This document shows positions 1 through 10,400 of a DNA stretch of 64,000 nt, in pieces. Position numbers and translations under genes: made by a program. The notes under the pieces are model-generated. The model was not told the DNA's origin and ran no database searches. It was given only the letters and a program-made list of their open reading frames with translations. Positions within the stretch are counted from its first letter, which is position 1; each line of letters begins with the position of its first letter. The DNA is from an uncultured Chroococcidiopsis sp. (GTDB taxonomy: Bacteria > Cyanobacteriota > Cyanobacteriia > Cyanobacteriales > Chroococcidiopsidaceae): contig CAXTYC010000011.1 in NCBI GenBank assembly GCA_964248365.1, positions 32,001-96,000 of the forward strand. The letters run 5' to 3'.

Positions 1-134
1 GAAAAGCGATGCAGCCAAAGTGCCAAAGGAGGATTGGTTTCGCTAATCTGAGCCAGAACAGTCCGCACTGCCTGATATGTCAGGTAGCTAGAGAGCGTCT
101 TGGCTGTGTCTTTCGCAATTTGTTTTAGATCCAT
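1..134 (-). CDS. rbcX: RuBisCO assembly chaperone RbcX (N-terminal part; runs off window)
   Basis: Manual translation from ATG at 134: MDLKQIAKDTAKTLSSYLTYQAVRTVLAQISETNPPLALWLHRF; lies directly downstream of rbcL. Confidence 0.95.
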   Translation of the reverse strand, partial: MDLKQIAKDTAKTLSSYLTYQAVRTVLAQISETNPPLALWLHRF

Positions 135-219
135 GCCCCAGCCCCAGCCTTTTGAAGGATGAAGGATGAAGGATGAAGTAATTCTAATTCAGCCTTCAGC
201 CTTCTCACTTCAGCCTTTA

Positions 220-1650
220 TTAGACGGTATCCATTGCCTCGAACTCGAACTTGATTTCCTTCCACAGTTCGCAAGCGGCTGCTAGTTCAGGACTCCACTT
301 GCAAGCTTCACGGATCACGTCGTTACCTTCACGGGCGAGGCTGCGACCTTCGTTACGAGCTTGGATACAAGCTTCCAAAGCCACACGGTTAGCGGTTGCA
401 CCAGGCGCGTTACCCCAAGGGTGTCCAAGTGTACCACCACCGAATTGTAGTACGGAGTCATCACCAAAGATTTCTACCAGTGCTGGCATATGCCATACGT
501 GGATACCACCGGAAGCAACTGCCATTACACCTGGCATAGAAGCCCAATCTTGGGTGAAGTAGATACCGCGAGACTTGTCTTGCTCAACGTAGTTTTCACG
601 CAATAGGTCAACGAAACCCATTGTAATACCACGCTCACCTTCGAGCTTACCTACAACGGTTCCGGTGTGGATGTGATCGCCACCAGACATCCGCAGAGTC
701 TTAGCCAAAACACGGAAGTGAATACCGTGATTCTTTTGACGGTCGATTACGGCGTGCATAGCACGGTGGATGTGCAGCAACAAACCGTTGGCGCGACACC
801 AGTGAGCCAAGGTTGTGTTGGCTGTGAAACCTGCTGTTAGGTAGTCGTGCATAATGATGGGCATTTTGAGTTCTTTAGCGAACTCAGCCCGCTGCAACAT
901 TTGTTCGCAGGTGGGGGCGGTGACGTTGAGGTAGTGTCCTTTGATTTCACCTGTTTCTGCTTGTGCCTTGTGGATCGCGTCAGCTACAAACAGGAAGCGA
1001 TCGCGCCATCTTTGGAATGGTGCTGAGTTGATGTTTTCGTCGTCTTTGGTGAAGTCCAAACCACCGCGCAGACACTCATATACAGCGCGTCCGTAGTTCT
1101 TAGCAGACAAACCTAGTTTGGGTTTGATCGTGCAACCGAGTAAGGGACGACCGTATTTATTTAACTTGTCGCGCTCAACTTGGATACCGTGAGGAGGACC
1201 TTGGAATGTCTTCAGGTAAGCTACAGGAATCCGCAAGTCTTCTAGACGCAGAGCGCGTAGAGCTTTGAAACCAAATACGTTACCTACAATCGAGGTCAAC
1301 ATATTGGTAACGGAGCCTTCTTCAAACAGATCCAGGGGATAGGCAACGTAGCAAATAAACTGGTTGTCGTCGCCAGGAACTGGTTCAATATCGTAACAAC
1401 GACCTTTGTAGCGATCTAGGTCGGTCAGCAAGTCAGTCCATACGGTTGTCCAAGTACCAGTAGACGATTCTGCTGCTACTGCTGCTCCAGCTTCTTCGGG
1501 GGGAACTCCTGGCTGAGGAGTGACGCGGAATGCCGCCAAGATATCTGTATCTTTTGGTGTGTAATCTGGGGTGTAGTAAGTTAGTCTGTAATCCTTAACC
1601 CCTGCCTGATACCCAGTTTTGGTCTGAGTCCTTGTTTGAGCGTAAGACAT
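220..1650 (-). CDS. rbcL: RuBisCO large subunit, form IB
   Basis: [21 protein letters not shown]..., [14 protein letters not shown] active-site motif; likely ATG at 1650 (476 aa). Confidence 0.99.
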   Translation of the reverse strand: MSYAQTRTQTKTGYQAGVKDYRLTYYTPDYTPKDTDILAAFRVTPQPGVPPEEAGAAVAAESSTGTWTTVWTDLLTDLDRYKGRCYDIEPVPGDDNQFICYVAYPLDLFEEGSVTNMLTSIVGNVFGFKALRALRLEDLRIPVAYLKTFQGPPHGIQVERDKLNKYGRPLLGCTIKPKLGLSAKNYGRAVYECLRGGLDFTKDDENINSAPFQRWRDRFLFVADAIHKAQAETGEIKGHYLNVTAPTCEQMLQRAEFAKELKMPIIMHDYLTAGFTANTTLAHWCRANGLLLHIHRAMHAVIDRQKNHGIHFRVLAKTLRMSGGDHIHTGTVVGKLEGERGITMGFVDLLRENYVEQDKSRGIYFTQDWASMPGVMAVASGGIHVWHMPALVEIFGDDSVLQFGGGTLGHPWGNAPGATANRVALEACIQARNEGRSLAREGNDVIREACKWSPELAAACELWKEIKFEFEAMDTV

Positions 1651-2091
1651 AATTCCCTTCCAAGAAGTCACTCTCTTCCACTTGCTAAAATCGCAAGTTT
1701 TTCTTGCTTACTAGCAAGTTCTTCACAATAATATCAAGATTCAGATAAGTTATTCTTCGATAGTTTTTAATTTACCTATAAGTTTTATTTATTTTATGTT
1801 AAATATCGTTAAAATCAGTTATAGTTATTTAAATAAATTAACAATAAAAGAGTTAAAATTGTGTATGAGCAGCCTGTAATGACTAAATGTTCGTTGTAAT
1901 GTTACAAACGCTTAAAATAATTTAACTTATACTTACATATTGCAGCAAAAGAAGTTTATTGCAAATCTCGCCTTTGAACTTCCTTTCAAAGAACCAAAGC
2001 TCAAGTTCATTAAAATAAACGAGAAAGGCATTCCAAAGCTACTGGTTCCTTGGGTTTAAACTCCTGGCGGGTGCGACTAAATAAAACTGAT

Positions 2092-2865
2092 ATGGCAGTT
2101 ACAACCTGGCAATTGATGCAATTGAAACAACAAGGTCGCCCAATTGTGGCTTTGACAGCTTGGGACTATGCCACAGGTCGATTATTGGATGCAGCTGGAG
2201 TAGATTTAATTTTGGTGGGGGATACTTTGGCAGTGATGCTGGGGTATGAAACGACGCTACCAGTAACACTGGAGGAAATAATTCACCATGCTTCATCTGT
2301 GCGTCGAGGTGTGAAACGAGCTTTATTAGTGGTAGATTTGCCGTTTTTGACTTATCAGGAAAGCAGTGGGCAAGCAATGCATTCGGCTGGTAGGGTGTTG
2401 AAAGAAACAGGCGCGCAAGCGGTGAAGTTGGAAGGGGGATACCCTGCGATCGCTCACACTGTGGAGCAATTAGTACAAGCTGGTATTCCCGTGATGGGGC
2501 ATATTGGTTTGACTCCCCAATCTATACATCAGATGGGGTTACGACAGCAGGGAAAGACACCACTAGCAGAAAAGAGGATTTTAGAACAAGCGATCGCCCT
2601 CGAACAAGCGGGAGCTTTTAGCATAGTATTAGAACATATGCCAGCCGAGTTAGCTTCCCAGATTAGTCAAAAGTTGACAATTCCTACTATTGGTATTGGT
2701 GCAGGACCCTACTGCGATGGTCAGGTATTAGTTACTTCTGATTTGCTAGGTTTGTCTGAACGGCAACCACCGTTTGCTAAAGTATATGTAAATTTAAGTG
2801 AAGCAATTACTCAGGCTGTACAAAGTTATGCTGTTGAGGTGCGAGAGCATAAGTTTCCAAAATAG
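2092..2865 (+). CDS. panB: 3-methyl-2-oxobutanoate hydroxymethyltransferase
   Basis: [39 protein letters not shown] motifs; start taken at ATG 2092. Confidence 0.95.
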   Translation: MAVTTWQLMQLKQQGRPIVALTAWDYATGRLLDAAGVDLILVGDTLAVMLGYETTLPVTLEEIIHHASSVRRGVKRALLVVDLPFLTYQESSGQAMHSAGRVLKETGAQAVKLEGGYPAIAHTVEQLVQAGIPVMGHIGLTPQSIHQMGLRQQGKTPLAEKRILEQAIALEQAGAFSIVLEHMPAELASQISQKLTIPTIGIGAGPYCDGQVLVTSDLLGLSERQPPFAKVYVNLSEAITQAVQSYAVEVREHKFPK

Positions 2866-2947
2866 TGGCTAGTGGAATCGGTGAATTTTGGATTTCGGAG
2901 CCTTGGATTAAAATTTCTCCCTTGCCCCTGAAGCTCCCTTACTCCCT

Positions 2948-3010
2948 TACGGGCGGGTTGATCAGACATACTTGTGAACAAACAGATAACTTGTTTAAAC
3001 CCGCTTCTAC
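2948..3010. repeat. ~63-bp hairpin REP-like element (GTAGGGGCGGG...CCCGCCCCTAC family)
   Basis: Reverse complement of the copy at 34859-34922; its GTAG supplies the TAG stop of the NRPS at 3007. Confidence 0.75.
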
Positions 3011-6000
3011 CTAGTCCCTGCTAAATACTTGTGCAACTGTTGAGCAAGTACCTGAACATGGGGCTTTCTGAGCATAGTCAGGTGATTACCAGGAATGAAG
3101 TGAACTTGTACACCGGACGACGTTGCTAGTTGGCTCCAGCCTAAAGTTGAATCATCAGATTTCTTTTGTGCAAGACTTGTTCTAAATAGAGCGATCGCAT
3201 TTGGGTAAGGTTGAGGTACGTACTTCAAGGTAGCTTCGCTATTGGCATAAAAAATCCTCATTAACCGATGAATAGTTAGCTCGTCCATCATTCGTAAAAG
3301 TGTTTCCTGGGGAATGAGATGGTTAATGGTTGCTCGTTCTAAGGAGGATAGCCATGTGTGAGGAGTAATAATTTTCTTGCTAATTAGTGACCAGTAATCC
3401 AGCAAGAACGGATAAATAGAGCGGGTTACTGTAGTTAGGAGAAACTTTAAACCATCGCACAACGAAAGTTGATTGCTGGCGACAGGAGCTAGGGTATCTA
3501 ATATTGCCAGCATCACTTGCTCTCCTGCTCGGTGTAACTGTTGCGCCATCTCATATGCCACTAAACCGCCAAAAGACCAGCCACCTAGTTGATAAGGTCC
3601 TTGCGGCTGCACCATCCGCAATGCTTTGATGTAGTGACTAGCCATATCCTCAATGCTAGTTAATGGTGAATGCAAACCGTCTATACCGTAGGGTTGCAGT
3701 GCGTAGAATGGCTGATCGGTTCCTAAATGATACGCGATCTCGTAGTAGGGTAAAACAACGCCAAAGATGGGATGGACGCAGAAAAATGGTGGTTTGTCAC
3801 CCGCGCTCTGGAGCGCTACTAAGGGAGACCACGTTAGGGGATCTTGGTTAGGATTTTCATGCTTGTCAATCAGAGGGGCAAATTGCTCAATGGTAGGTTT
3901 AGCAAATAGGTCAGATAAGGGCAAGTTTTGCTCAAATTGTTGATTTATCTGCTCTAATAAGTGGATTGCTTGTAGGGAATCTCCACCCAATTCAAAAAAA
4001 TTATCCTGTATTCCCACTTGCTCAAGCTTAAGGATCTTTGCCCAAAGCGAGGTCAAAGATGCTTCATTTGCAGTTCGAGGAGCAATCAAGGAACGATCTA
4101 TGTTACCAATAATCGGTTTTTTTAAGGCACTTCGATCTACTTTGCCACTAGGAGTCAGTGGTAGGCACGACAGTACTACAAAAGCTGAAGGAATCATGTA
4201 ATCTGGTAATTTTTCCTTCAGAAAGCTCCTCAGCTGGGCGGTTGTCAGTGTTAAATCTGAATTGAAGACCAGATAGGCTACTAGTTGTTTATTGCCATCA
4301 TCTTCACAGGCTATAATGTGGGCTTCTCGTACTGCTGGATTTTGGCATAATAGGCTTTCAATTTCTCCCAATTCAATACGGTAGCCGCGAATTTTAACTT
4401 GATAATCCAGCCGACCTAAAAATTCAAGATTGCCGTCGGGAAGGTAGCGGACTAGATCTCCGGTTTTATACAAGCGGGTAGGAGAAGGAGGGGGAGATGA
4501 GGGGATAAGGGGATGGGGAGACATTTCTACTCTCCCACTCTCCCCCTCTCCCACTCTCCCACTCTCCCACTCTCCCAAGAAGGGATTGGGAATAAATCGT
4601 TGTGCTGTTAAGTCTGGCTGATTGAGGTAGCCTCGTGCTAAACCTACTCCACCAATGTATAATTCACCTGGAATACCGATCGCAACAGGTTGGAGATGAG
4701 CATCAAGAACGTAGATTTGAGTGTTGGCGATCGCTCTCCCAATTGAGGATTTGTTGCTACTATCAGTTACACAAGCAACGGTAGACCAAACAGTTGTTTC
4801 CGTTAGTCCGTAGGCATTGAACAAGCGCCTCCCACCTGCCCAATGAGCCATGTCTGGTGAATAAGCCTCCCCCGCAGAAATCAAAGTTTGCAGTTGGGGC
4901 AATTGTGTCGGTGGTAAAGTCTTTAGTACGGCAGGCGGAAGGGTAGCATGGGTAATGGCGTGATGCCGTAGATAGGAAATCAATGCAGATCCTAAACGTG
5001 CTTCTTCTGGTATTAGGTAGAGTGTTGCACCTACGCCCCATGCCATGAGAATCTCAAAGATGGAGGCATCAAAGCCCAGTGAGGCAAATTGTAGAATACG
5101 GTGTTCTGGTTTGGTATCGAAGGTTTGTATCTGTGCTTGAGCTACATTGCACAGTCCAAGATGTTCGACCAAAACTCCTTTGGGTTGTCCGGTTGAGCCA
5201 GAAGTGTAAATTACATAGGCGAGATTTGTGGATGTTACGCCACTGATCGGATTTTCCCCGCTTTGTTGTGCGATGATTGGACGAGCGCGATCAAGGCAAA
5301 TTAATTGACAATTTTTACAATAGAGGTTATAATCTGCGGCTGATTCGTTAGAATCGTAATCCGCCCAGAAATTAATTTCCGAGCTAATAGCACAAGTGGG
5401 TTCAAACCTACTAGAACACGGATCGTTTGTTGGTTTTAATTGAAGGAAGCTATGAGACAGGGAATTTATTCCTTGTCTTTCATGGAAGGGGAATAGGGGG
5501 GCTAAGGATTGTTGCGTTAGCAGGATAGATACTTGGGAATCCTCTAACATGAACTTCAGGCGTTGGGGTGGATAGGTAGGATCTAAGGGTACGTAGGCTC
5601 CTCCAGCTTTGAGAATTCCTAAAATGCCCACTATCATCTCTATGGAACGCTCGATACAAATGCCGACTTTAACCTCTGGCGCTACTCCAAGTTTTTGCAA
5701 ATAGTCTGCTAGTTGGTTACTGCGACGATTCAATTCAAGATAGGTTAGTTGCTCATCTTGATAAACAGCTGCGATCGCGTTGGGGGTATTATTTACCTGT
5801 TCCTCAAATAATTGATGGATACACTGGGGGAGGCAGTAGGGAGTAGGGAGTAGCTCGAAAAACGAGATGTGGTTTCCTCTGCTCGGAACTTCGTAAGAGA
5901 GGGAGTAGGGATTTTCTTGACTATTGGCTCCCCGCTGATTCGTGTTGTTCCACTCAACTAGCAACTGATGGCGTTCGGTTGCTGTCAAGATTGGTAAACT

Positions 6001-7326
6001 TGCCAGTCTTTGATCGGGATTAATCACAATTCCTTCTAGCAGGGTTTGGAAATGTCCCAGCATTCGGGTGATGGTGCTGTGATCAAAAAGATCGGTACTA
6101 TAAATTACTTGCCCTTTCAACCCATTTGGGCTTCGCCACAGATGAAACTCTAGATCTAACCTGCTAGTACCGTTGTCAAACTCAAACTGACTCAAAGCTA
6201 GTCCAGGTAGCTCTAAAGCGGTAATCGGTGTGTTTTGCAAAGCGATCGCCACACAGAACAAAGGATGTCTGCTTGTTTCCCGCAGGGGGTGGAGTTCCTG
6301 CACTAACTTCTCGAAAGGCAAATCCTGATGAGCGATCGCTCCTAGTGTCACCTCGCGCACTCGTTTCAACAGTTCCCTAAACGTAGGGTTGCCAGATAAA
6401 TCTGTCCGTAGCACTAAACTATTGACAAAAAAACCGATTAATGGTTCTATCTCAGCACGATTGCGGTTGGCTATGGGTGATCCAACAGCAATATCTTCTT
6501 GCCCTGTGTAACGATATAACAACGTTTGAAATGCTGCCAGCAGGATCATGAACAGAGTCACGCCCTCTTGACTTAGTTCCTCCAGGGTTGCCGTTAGGCT
6601 AGTTGACAACTCAAAATTTTGGGTTGCGCCTCGGTAGCTAGGCTGGGCAGGTCGAGAATGGTCAGTGGGGAGATTTAAAATTGGAAGATCGGCTAGTTGC
6701 GATCGCCAGTAGGATAGTTGTGACTCTAGTACTTCCCCTTGCAACAATGAGCGTTGCCAGTGGGCGAAGTCAGCATATTGGATAGGCAGAAGAGGCAAAG
6801 GGGAAGGTTTGCCTGCATTGAAGGCAGCGTAAAGAGTGCCAATTTCTCGCACCAGAATGCCAATTGACCAACCATCGGCAATGATGTGGTGTAGATTCAA
6901 CAGCAGGATATAGTCAAATGCATCTATTTGGAATAATGTCAACCGTAGCAGAAGGTCTGCGCCCAGATTGAAGCTATGTTGTGAAGAGGCGATCGCTTGT
7001 TGTCTTGCTGCTGCTTCGCGCTCACTTGCGGGTAAATAACGTAAGTCTACAATCGGCAGAGATACACTTGCTTCCTCCACAATCACTTGATTGAGTTGTC
7101 CCTGGGTCATTTCAAAGGTTGTCCGTAAAACTTCGTGACGGCGCACAATTTCGTTAAATGTTTGCTCTAGGGCAGTAATATTGAGGTGTCCAGTTAGGCG
7201 AATAGCCGCGGATATGTTGTAAAAGGGATTTCCAGGCGCTAAGGAGTTAAGAAACCAAAGTCGCTGCTGAGCGAACGATGCAGGAAACACGAATTCATTG
7301 TTCAAGACAGAGCTGTTAGAAGTCAT
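3007..7326 (-). CDS. Monomodular NRPS, C-A-T-TE (terminal module)
   Basis: HHIIADGWS (C), YTSGSTGQPKG (A3), YKTGD (A7), GGDSL (T), GWSFGG (TE); hand-aligned specificity code DAFTIAAVWK (Phe/aromatic-like); start taken at MTSNSS. Confidence 0.93.
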   Translation of the reverse strand: MTSNSSVLNNEFVFPASFAQQRLWFLNSLAPGNPFYNISAAIRLTGHLNITALEQTFNEIVRRHEVLRTTFEMTQGQLNQVIVEEASVSLPIVDLRYLPASEREAAARQQAIASSQHSFNLGADLLLRLTLFQIDAFDYILLLNLHHIIADGWSIGILVREIGTLYAAFNAGKPSPLPLLPIQYADFAHWQRSLLQGEVLESQLSYWRSQLADLPILNLPTDHSRPAQPSYRGATQNFELSTSLTATLEELSQEGVTLFMILLAAFQTLLYRYTGQEDIAVGSPIANRNRAEIEPLIGFFVNSLVLRTDLSGNPTFRELLKRVREVTLGAIAHQDLPFEKLVQELHPLRETSRHPLFCVAIALQNTPITALELPGLALSQFEFDNGTSRLDLEFHLWRSPNGLKGQVIYSTDLFDHSTITRMLGHFQTLLEGIVINPDQRLASLPILTATERHQLLVEWNNTNQRGANSQENPYSLSYEVPSRGNHISFFELLPTPYCLPQCIHQLFEEQVNNTPNAIAAVYQDEQLTYLELNRRSNQLADYLQKLGVAPEVKVGICIERSIEMIVGILGILKAGGAYVPLDPTYPPQRLKFMLEDSQVSILLTQQSLAPLFPFHERQGINSLSHSFLQLKPTNDPCSSRFEPTCAISSEINFWADYDSNESAADYNLYCKNCQLICLDRARPIIAQQSGENPISGVTSTNLAYVIYTSGSTGQPKGVLVEHLGLCNVAQAQIQTFDTKPEHRILQFASLGFDASIFEILMAWGVGATLYLIPEEARLGSALISYLRHHAITHATLPPAVLKTLPPTQLPQLQTLISAGEAYSPDMAHWAGGRRLFNAYGLTETTVWSTVACVTDSSNKSSIGRAIANTQIYVLDAHLQPVAIGIPGELYIGGVGLARGYLNQPDLTAQRFIPNPFLGEWESGRVGEGESGRVEMSPHPLIPSSPPPSPTRLYKTGDLVRYLPDGNLEFLGRLDYQVKIRGYRIELGEIESLLCQNPAVREAHIIACEDDGNKQLVAYLVFNSDLTLTTAQLRSFLKEKLPDYMIPSAFVVLSCLPLTPSGKVDRSALKKPIIGNIDRSLIAPRTANEASLTSLWAKILKLEQVGIQDNFFELGGDSLQAIHLLEQINQQFEQNLPLSDLFAKPTIEQFAPLIDKHENPNQDPLTWSPLVALQSAGDKPPFFCVHPIFGVVLPYYEIAYHLGTDQPFYALQPYGIDGLHSPLTSIEDMASHYIKALRMVQPQGPYQLGGWSFGGLVAYEMAQQLHRAGEQVMLAILDTLAPVASNQLSLCDGLKFLLTTVTRSIYPFLLDYWSLISKKIITPHTWLSSLERATINHLIPQETLLRMMDELTIHRLMRIFYANSEATLKYVPQPYPNAIALFRTSLAQKKSDDSTLGWSQLATSSGVQVHFIPGNHLTMLRKPHVQVLAQQLHKYLAGTR

Positions 7327-7401
7327 AGTAATTCGTAATTCGTAATTCGTAATTGTCCCCTTGTCCCCTTGTCCCCACAGCGAACCCTCTCCCACTCTCC
7401 C

Positions 7402-10400
7402 CTACTCCCTCTTTGGGTTGAGTGAAGAGCGTAGGCGGCGATGAGCATCACGAGAAAGAGGAACAATCCCTGGATCTTGTTGTTTTACCTGCACAGTTTG
7501 TAATTCTTCAATAACTTTGGCAAGTGGGGCGATCGCTTTTTCTTCAAACACACTGCGTAAAGGTAACTCTACACCGAAGGCATCGCGGATACGGGAGATG
7601 AGCAAAGTTGCTAGTAGTGAATGTCCCCCAAGATCAAAGAAGTTGTCATGAATCCCCACGCGCTTGATTCCTAGTAGATCAGCCCAAATACTTGCCAATT
7701 TCTGCTCAATGGGCGATCGCGGTGCAGCAACATCCCCCCAATCTCTTTTCACCAAGAAGGGTGCACTTAGCGCACGACGGTTAACTTTGCCGTTGGCACT
7801 CAGAGGTAGTGCGTCCAACACCACAAAGGCAGAAGGAACCATATATTCAGGTATATTTTGCTCTAAGTAACTTTGTAGTTGGGACGGAAGGTGACGAGCG
7901 AACTGTGCCTGTAAAGGATTATTTGCATAAGTTTCCCAAGCACGAGCTGACACCTGCTCTTGTAATTGCCCTAACACAATCCTTTTTGTTACAGATTGGG
8001 GAAGAAAAATTACATCATAAGAACCTGTGGTATCTGCATTTGACCAACTCACGTCAACTGTATAAGGTAGTTCGGCGGCTAGGTTCCACCAATCTTGTGG
8101 ATCAATGGCTGATTGTGCAAGCGGATGTAGCGCATCGCGCATTTGACCTGCGGTTTTAGGTGCTTCCGTTTCTGTCAACAACCATTCTGCCGTTTTGACT
8201 GCTGCAATGACACGGGCATTCGGAATTCCTGTGATCTTAAGTACAGATGGTTGAGTTTCAACTAGATGCTGACGCACCTTTACCATGCTCAAATTGTCCC
8301 CAGTCCAATTTAGTTGATCCCCCCTTTCCCCTTTGCCTTTTCCCTGCTCCCCTGGAGCTTCAATATGCAAAATCACGTTATAGCGAAACTGAGTCAATTC
8401 ATTGTGATATCGACCTGGTGTAAGCAGAACTTGAACATGACTAATTCTTTTCAAGCGCTGTTTTAAGGCGTGAAAGAAAGCCGGATCGATTACTAGTTCC
8501 GTTTCCTGAAATATCGCCCCTCTAAGTTGCTGCTGCAACTGCTCTCGACTAACAGTACTGTCTGCTTGATGTAATGCAACCGCAGCATGGAAAGCTGACA
8601 GCAGGGGTAGACTTCGCACATCTCCAATAAAGACAAAGCCACCAGGTCTGGCAGTATCAATTGCACACTCAAGTACTTGCAGTAGATAATCCAGGCTAGG
8701 AAAGTACTGCACAACCGAATTGAGAACGATCGCATCAAAGGTGTTTGCTTCTATACCTTCAAAGTCAGTCGCCATTTTCTCAAGCAACTTTACCCCAGGA
8801 ATTGCCCTGGTTGCTAATTGCTGCTCAAGGTATTGGATGGACACTGGTGAAAAGTCAGTTGCCCAGTACTGAGCGCAGTGTGGTGCAATTTGAAACAGCA
8901 GTAAACCTGTACCGCAACCAATTTCTAATACTCGCAGGGGCTGCAAAGCCAAAATCTGCTCTACGCGATCGCTCACCCATTGTCGCATTTCCAGGGCTGG
9001 TATGGGTTGACCTGTATAGCTACTATTCCAGCCTACAATATTGAAAGTAGAATCGCGCTCGATATCGGACTGGCGATAAGTCTGATCGTAGAGATTTTGC
9101 CAAGTCCTAATCTGCTCATTAGACAATAATTCTCGTTCCTGAGTGTAGTCCTGATTTGGTACAATGTAAGCGATGATGCGCTGATCTGATTGGTTCTCGT
9201 GGGAGCGAGCGATCGCCACCGCTTCTCGTACTGTCGGATGTTGACGCAATAATGCTTCAATCTCGCCTAACTCAATCCGAAAGCCCCGAATCTTCACCTG
9301 ATCGTCAATGCGACCAACAAATTCAATATTTCCATCGGGAAGATAGCGGGCGAGATCTCCGGTTTTGTAAAGACGCTCGAAAGGATGAAGTGTAAAGGAT
9401 GAAGAAGGAAGTGAATTTTCTGTTTCATCCTTCATACTTCCTTCTTCAGCCTGTGTGAAGGGATTGGGAATAAATCGCTCGTGGGTTAATTCAGGACGGT
9501 TCAAATATCCTCGCGCCAGTCCATCACCACCAATGTACACCTCACCAACTACGCCAATCGGCACAGGTTGAAGGTGAGCATCTAGCAGGTAAATTTGAGT
9601 ATTAGCGACAGGACGACCAATGGAGGGCTTGTCATAATTGTTACCGGAAGCCGCGCTAATTGGGGCAACGGTTGCCCAAATTGTTGCTTCTGTTGGTCCA
9701 TAGGCGTTGAAAAAGCGACGATTTACAGCCCATTGCTTCACAATCTCGTTAGAACAAGCTTCACCGCCAGAAATGACCGTTTGCAGAGTTGGCAATTGTG
9801 CTGCTGGTAAAACTGCCAAAACCGCAGGGGGGAGTATAGTAGTGTCGATCGCCTTTGATTGCAAGAAATGAACTAATTCAGATCCAGGTAAACGGGCTGA
9901 TTTGGGAGGAATATGAAGGCTAGCACCAACTCCAAACGCCAACCACATCTCGAATATGGATGCATCAAAACCCAATGAGCTAAATTGCAGAATGCGATTT
10001 TGTGGTTGCATTTTGAAGGCACGAATTTGAGCTTCGATTACATTACAAAGCCCTCGATGCTCTACTAAAACGCCTTTTGGTTTTCCAGTTGACCCAGAAG
10101 TATAAATGACGTAAGCTAGGTTATTTGCTGTTACACGGATATTTAGAGTTTGCTCGCTGTAGGTGGCGATGGTTTCCCAATCAGTATCTAGGCAAATCAA
10201 TTTTAGATTTACGAATTGGGGTTTCCCCTCAAAAAGCGAAGCTAGCGATCGCTGTGTCAGGATAATTTTTACCCCAGTATCTTCTAGCATAAATGCGAGG
10301 CGATCGCTGGGATAATTTGGCTCAAGAGGTACATAAGCTCCCCCAGCCTTCAAAATCCCCAGTATACCTACTACCATATTGAGCGAAGGCGAGATACAAA

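Noticed and set aside
251..562. Short ORF-track entries overlapping larger genes (e.g. 251-562, 14599-15201, 16819-17196, 35817-36152)
   Set aside because: Antisense or alternate-frame shadows of well-supported genes with no recognisable motifs
1680..2050. NtcA site in the rbcL/panB intergenic region
   Set aside because: TTGTAATGTTACAA near 1894-1907 is palindromic but lacks the GTA-N8-TAC spacing
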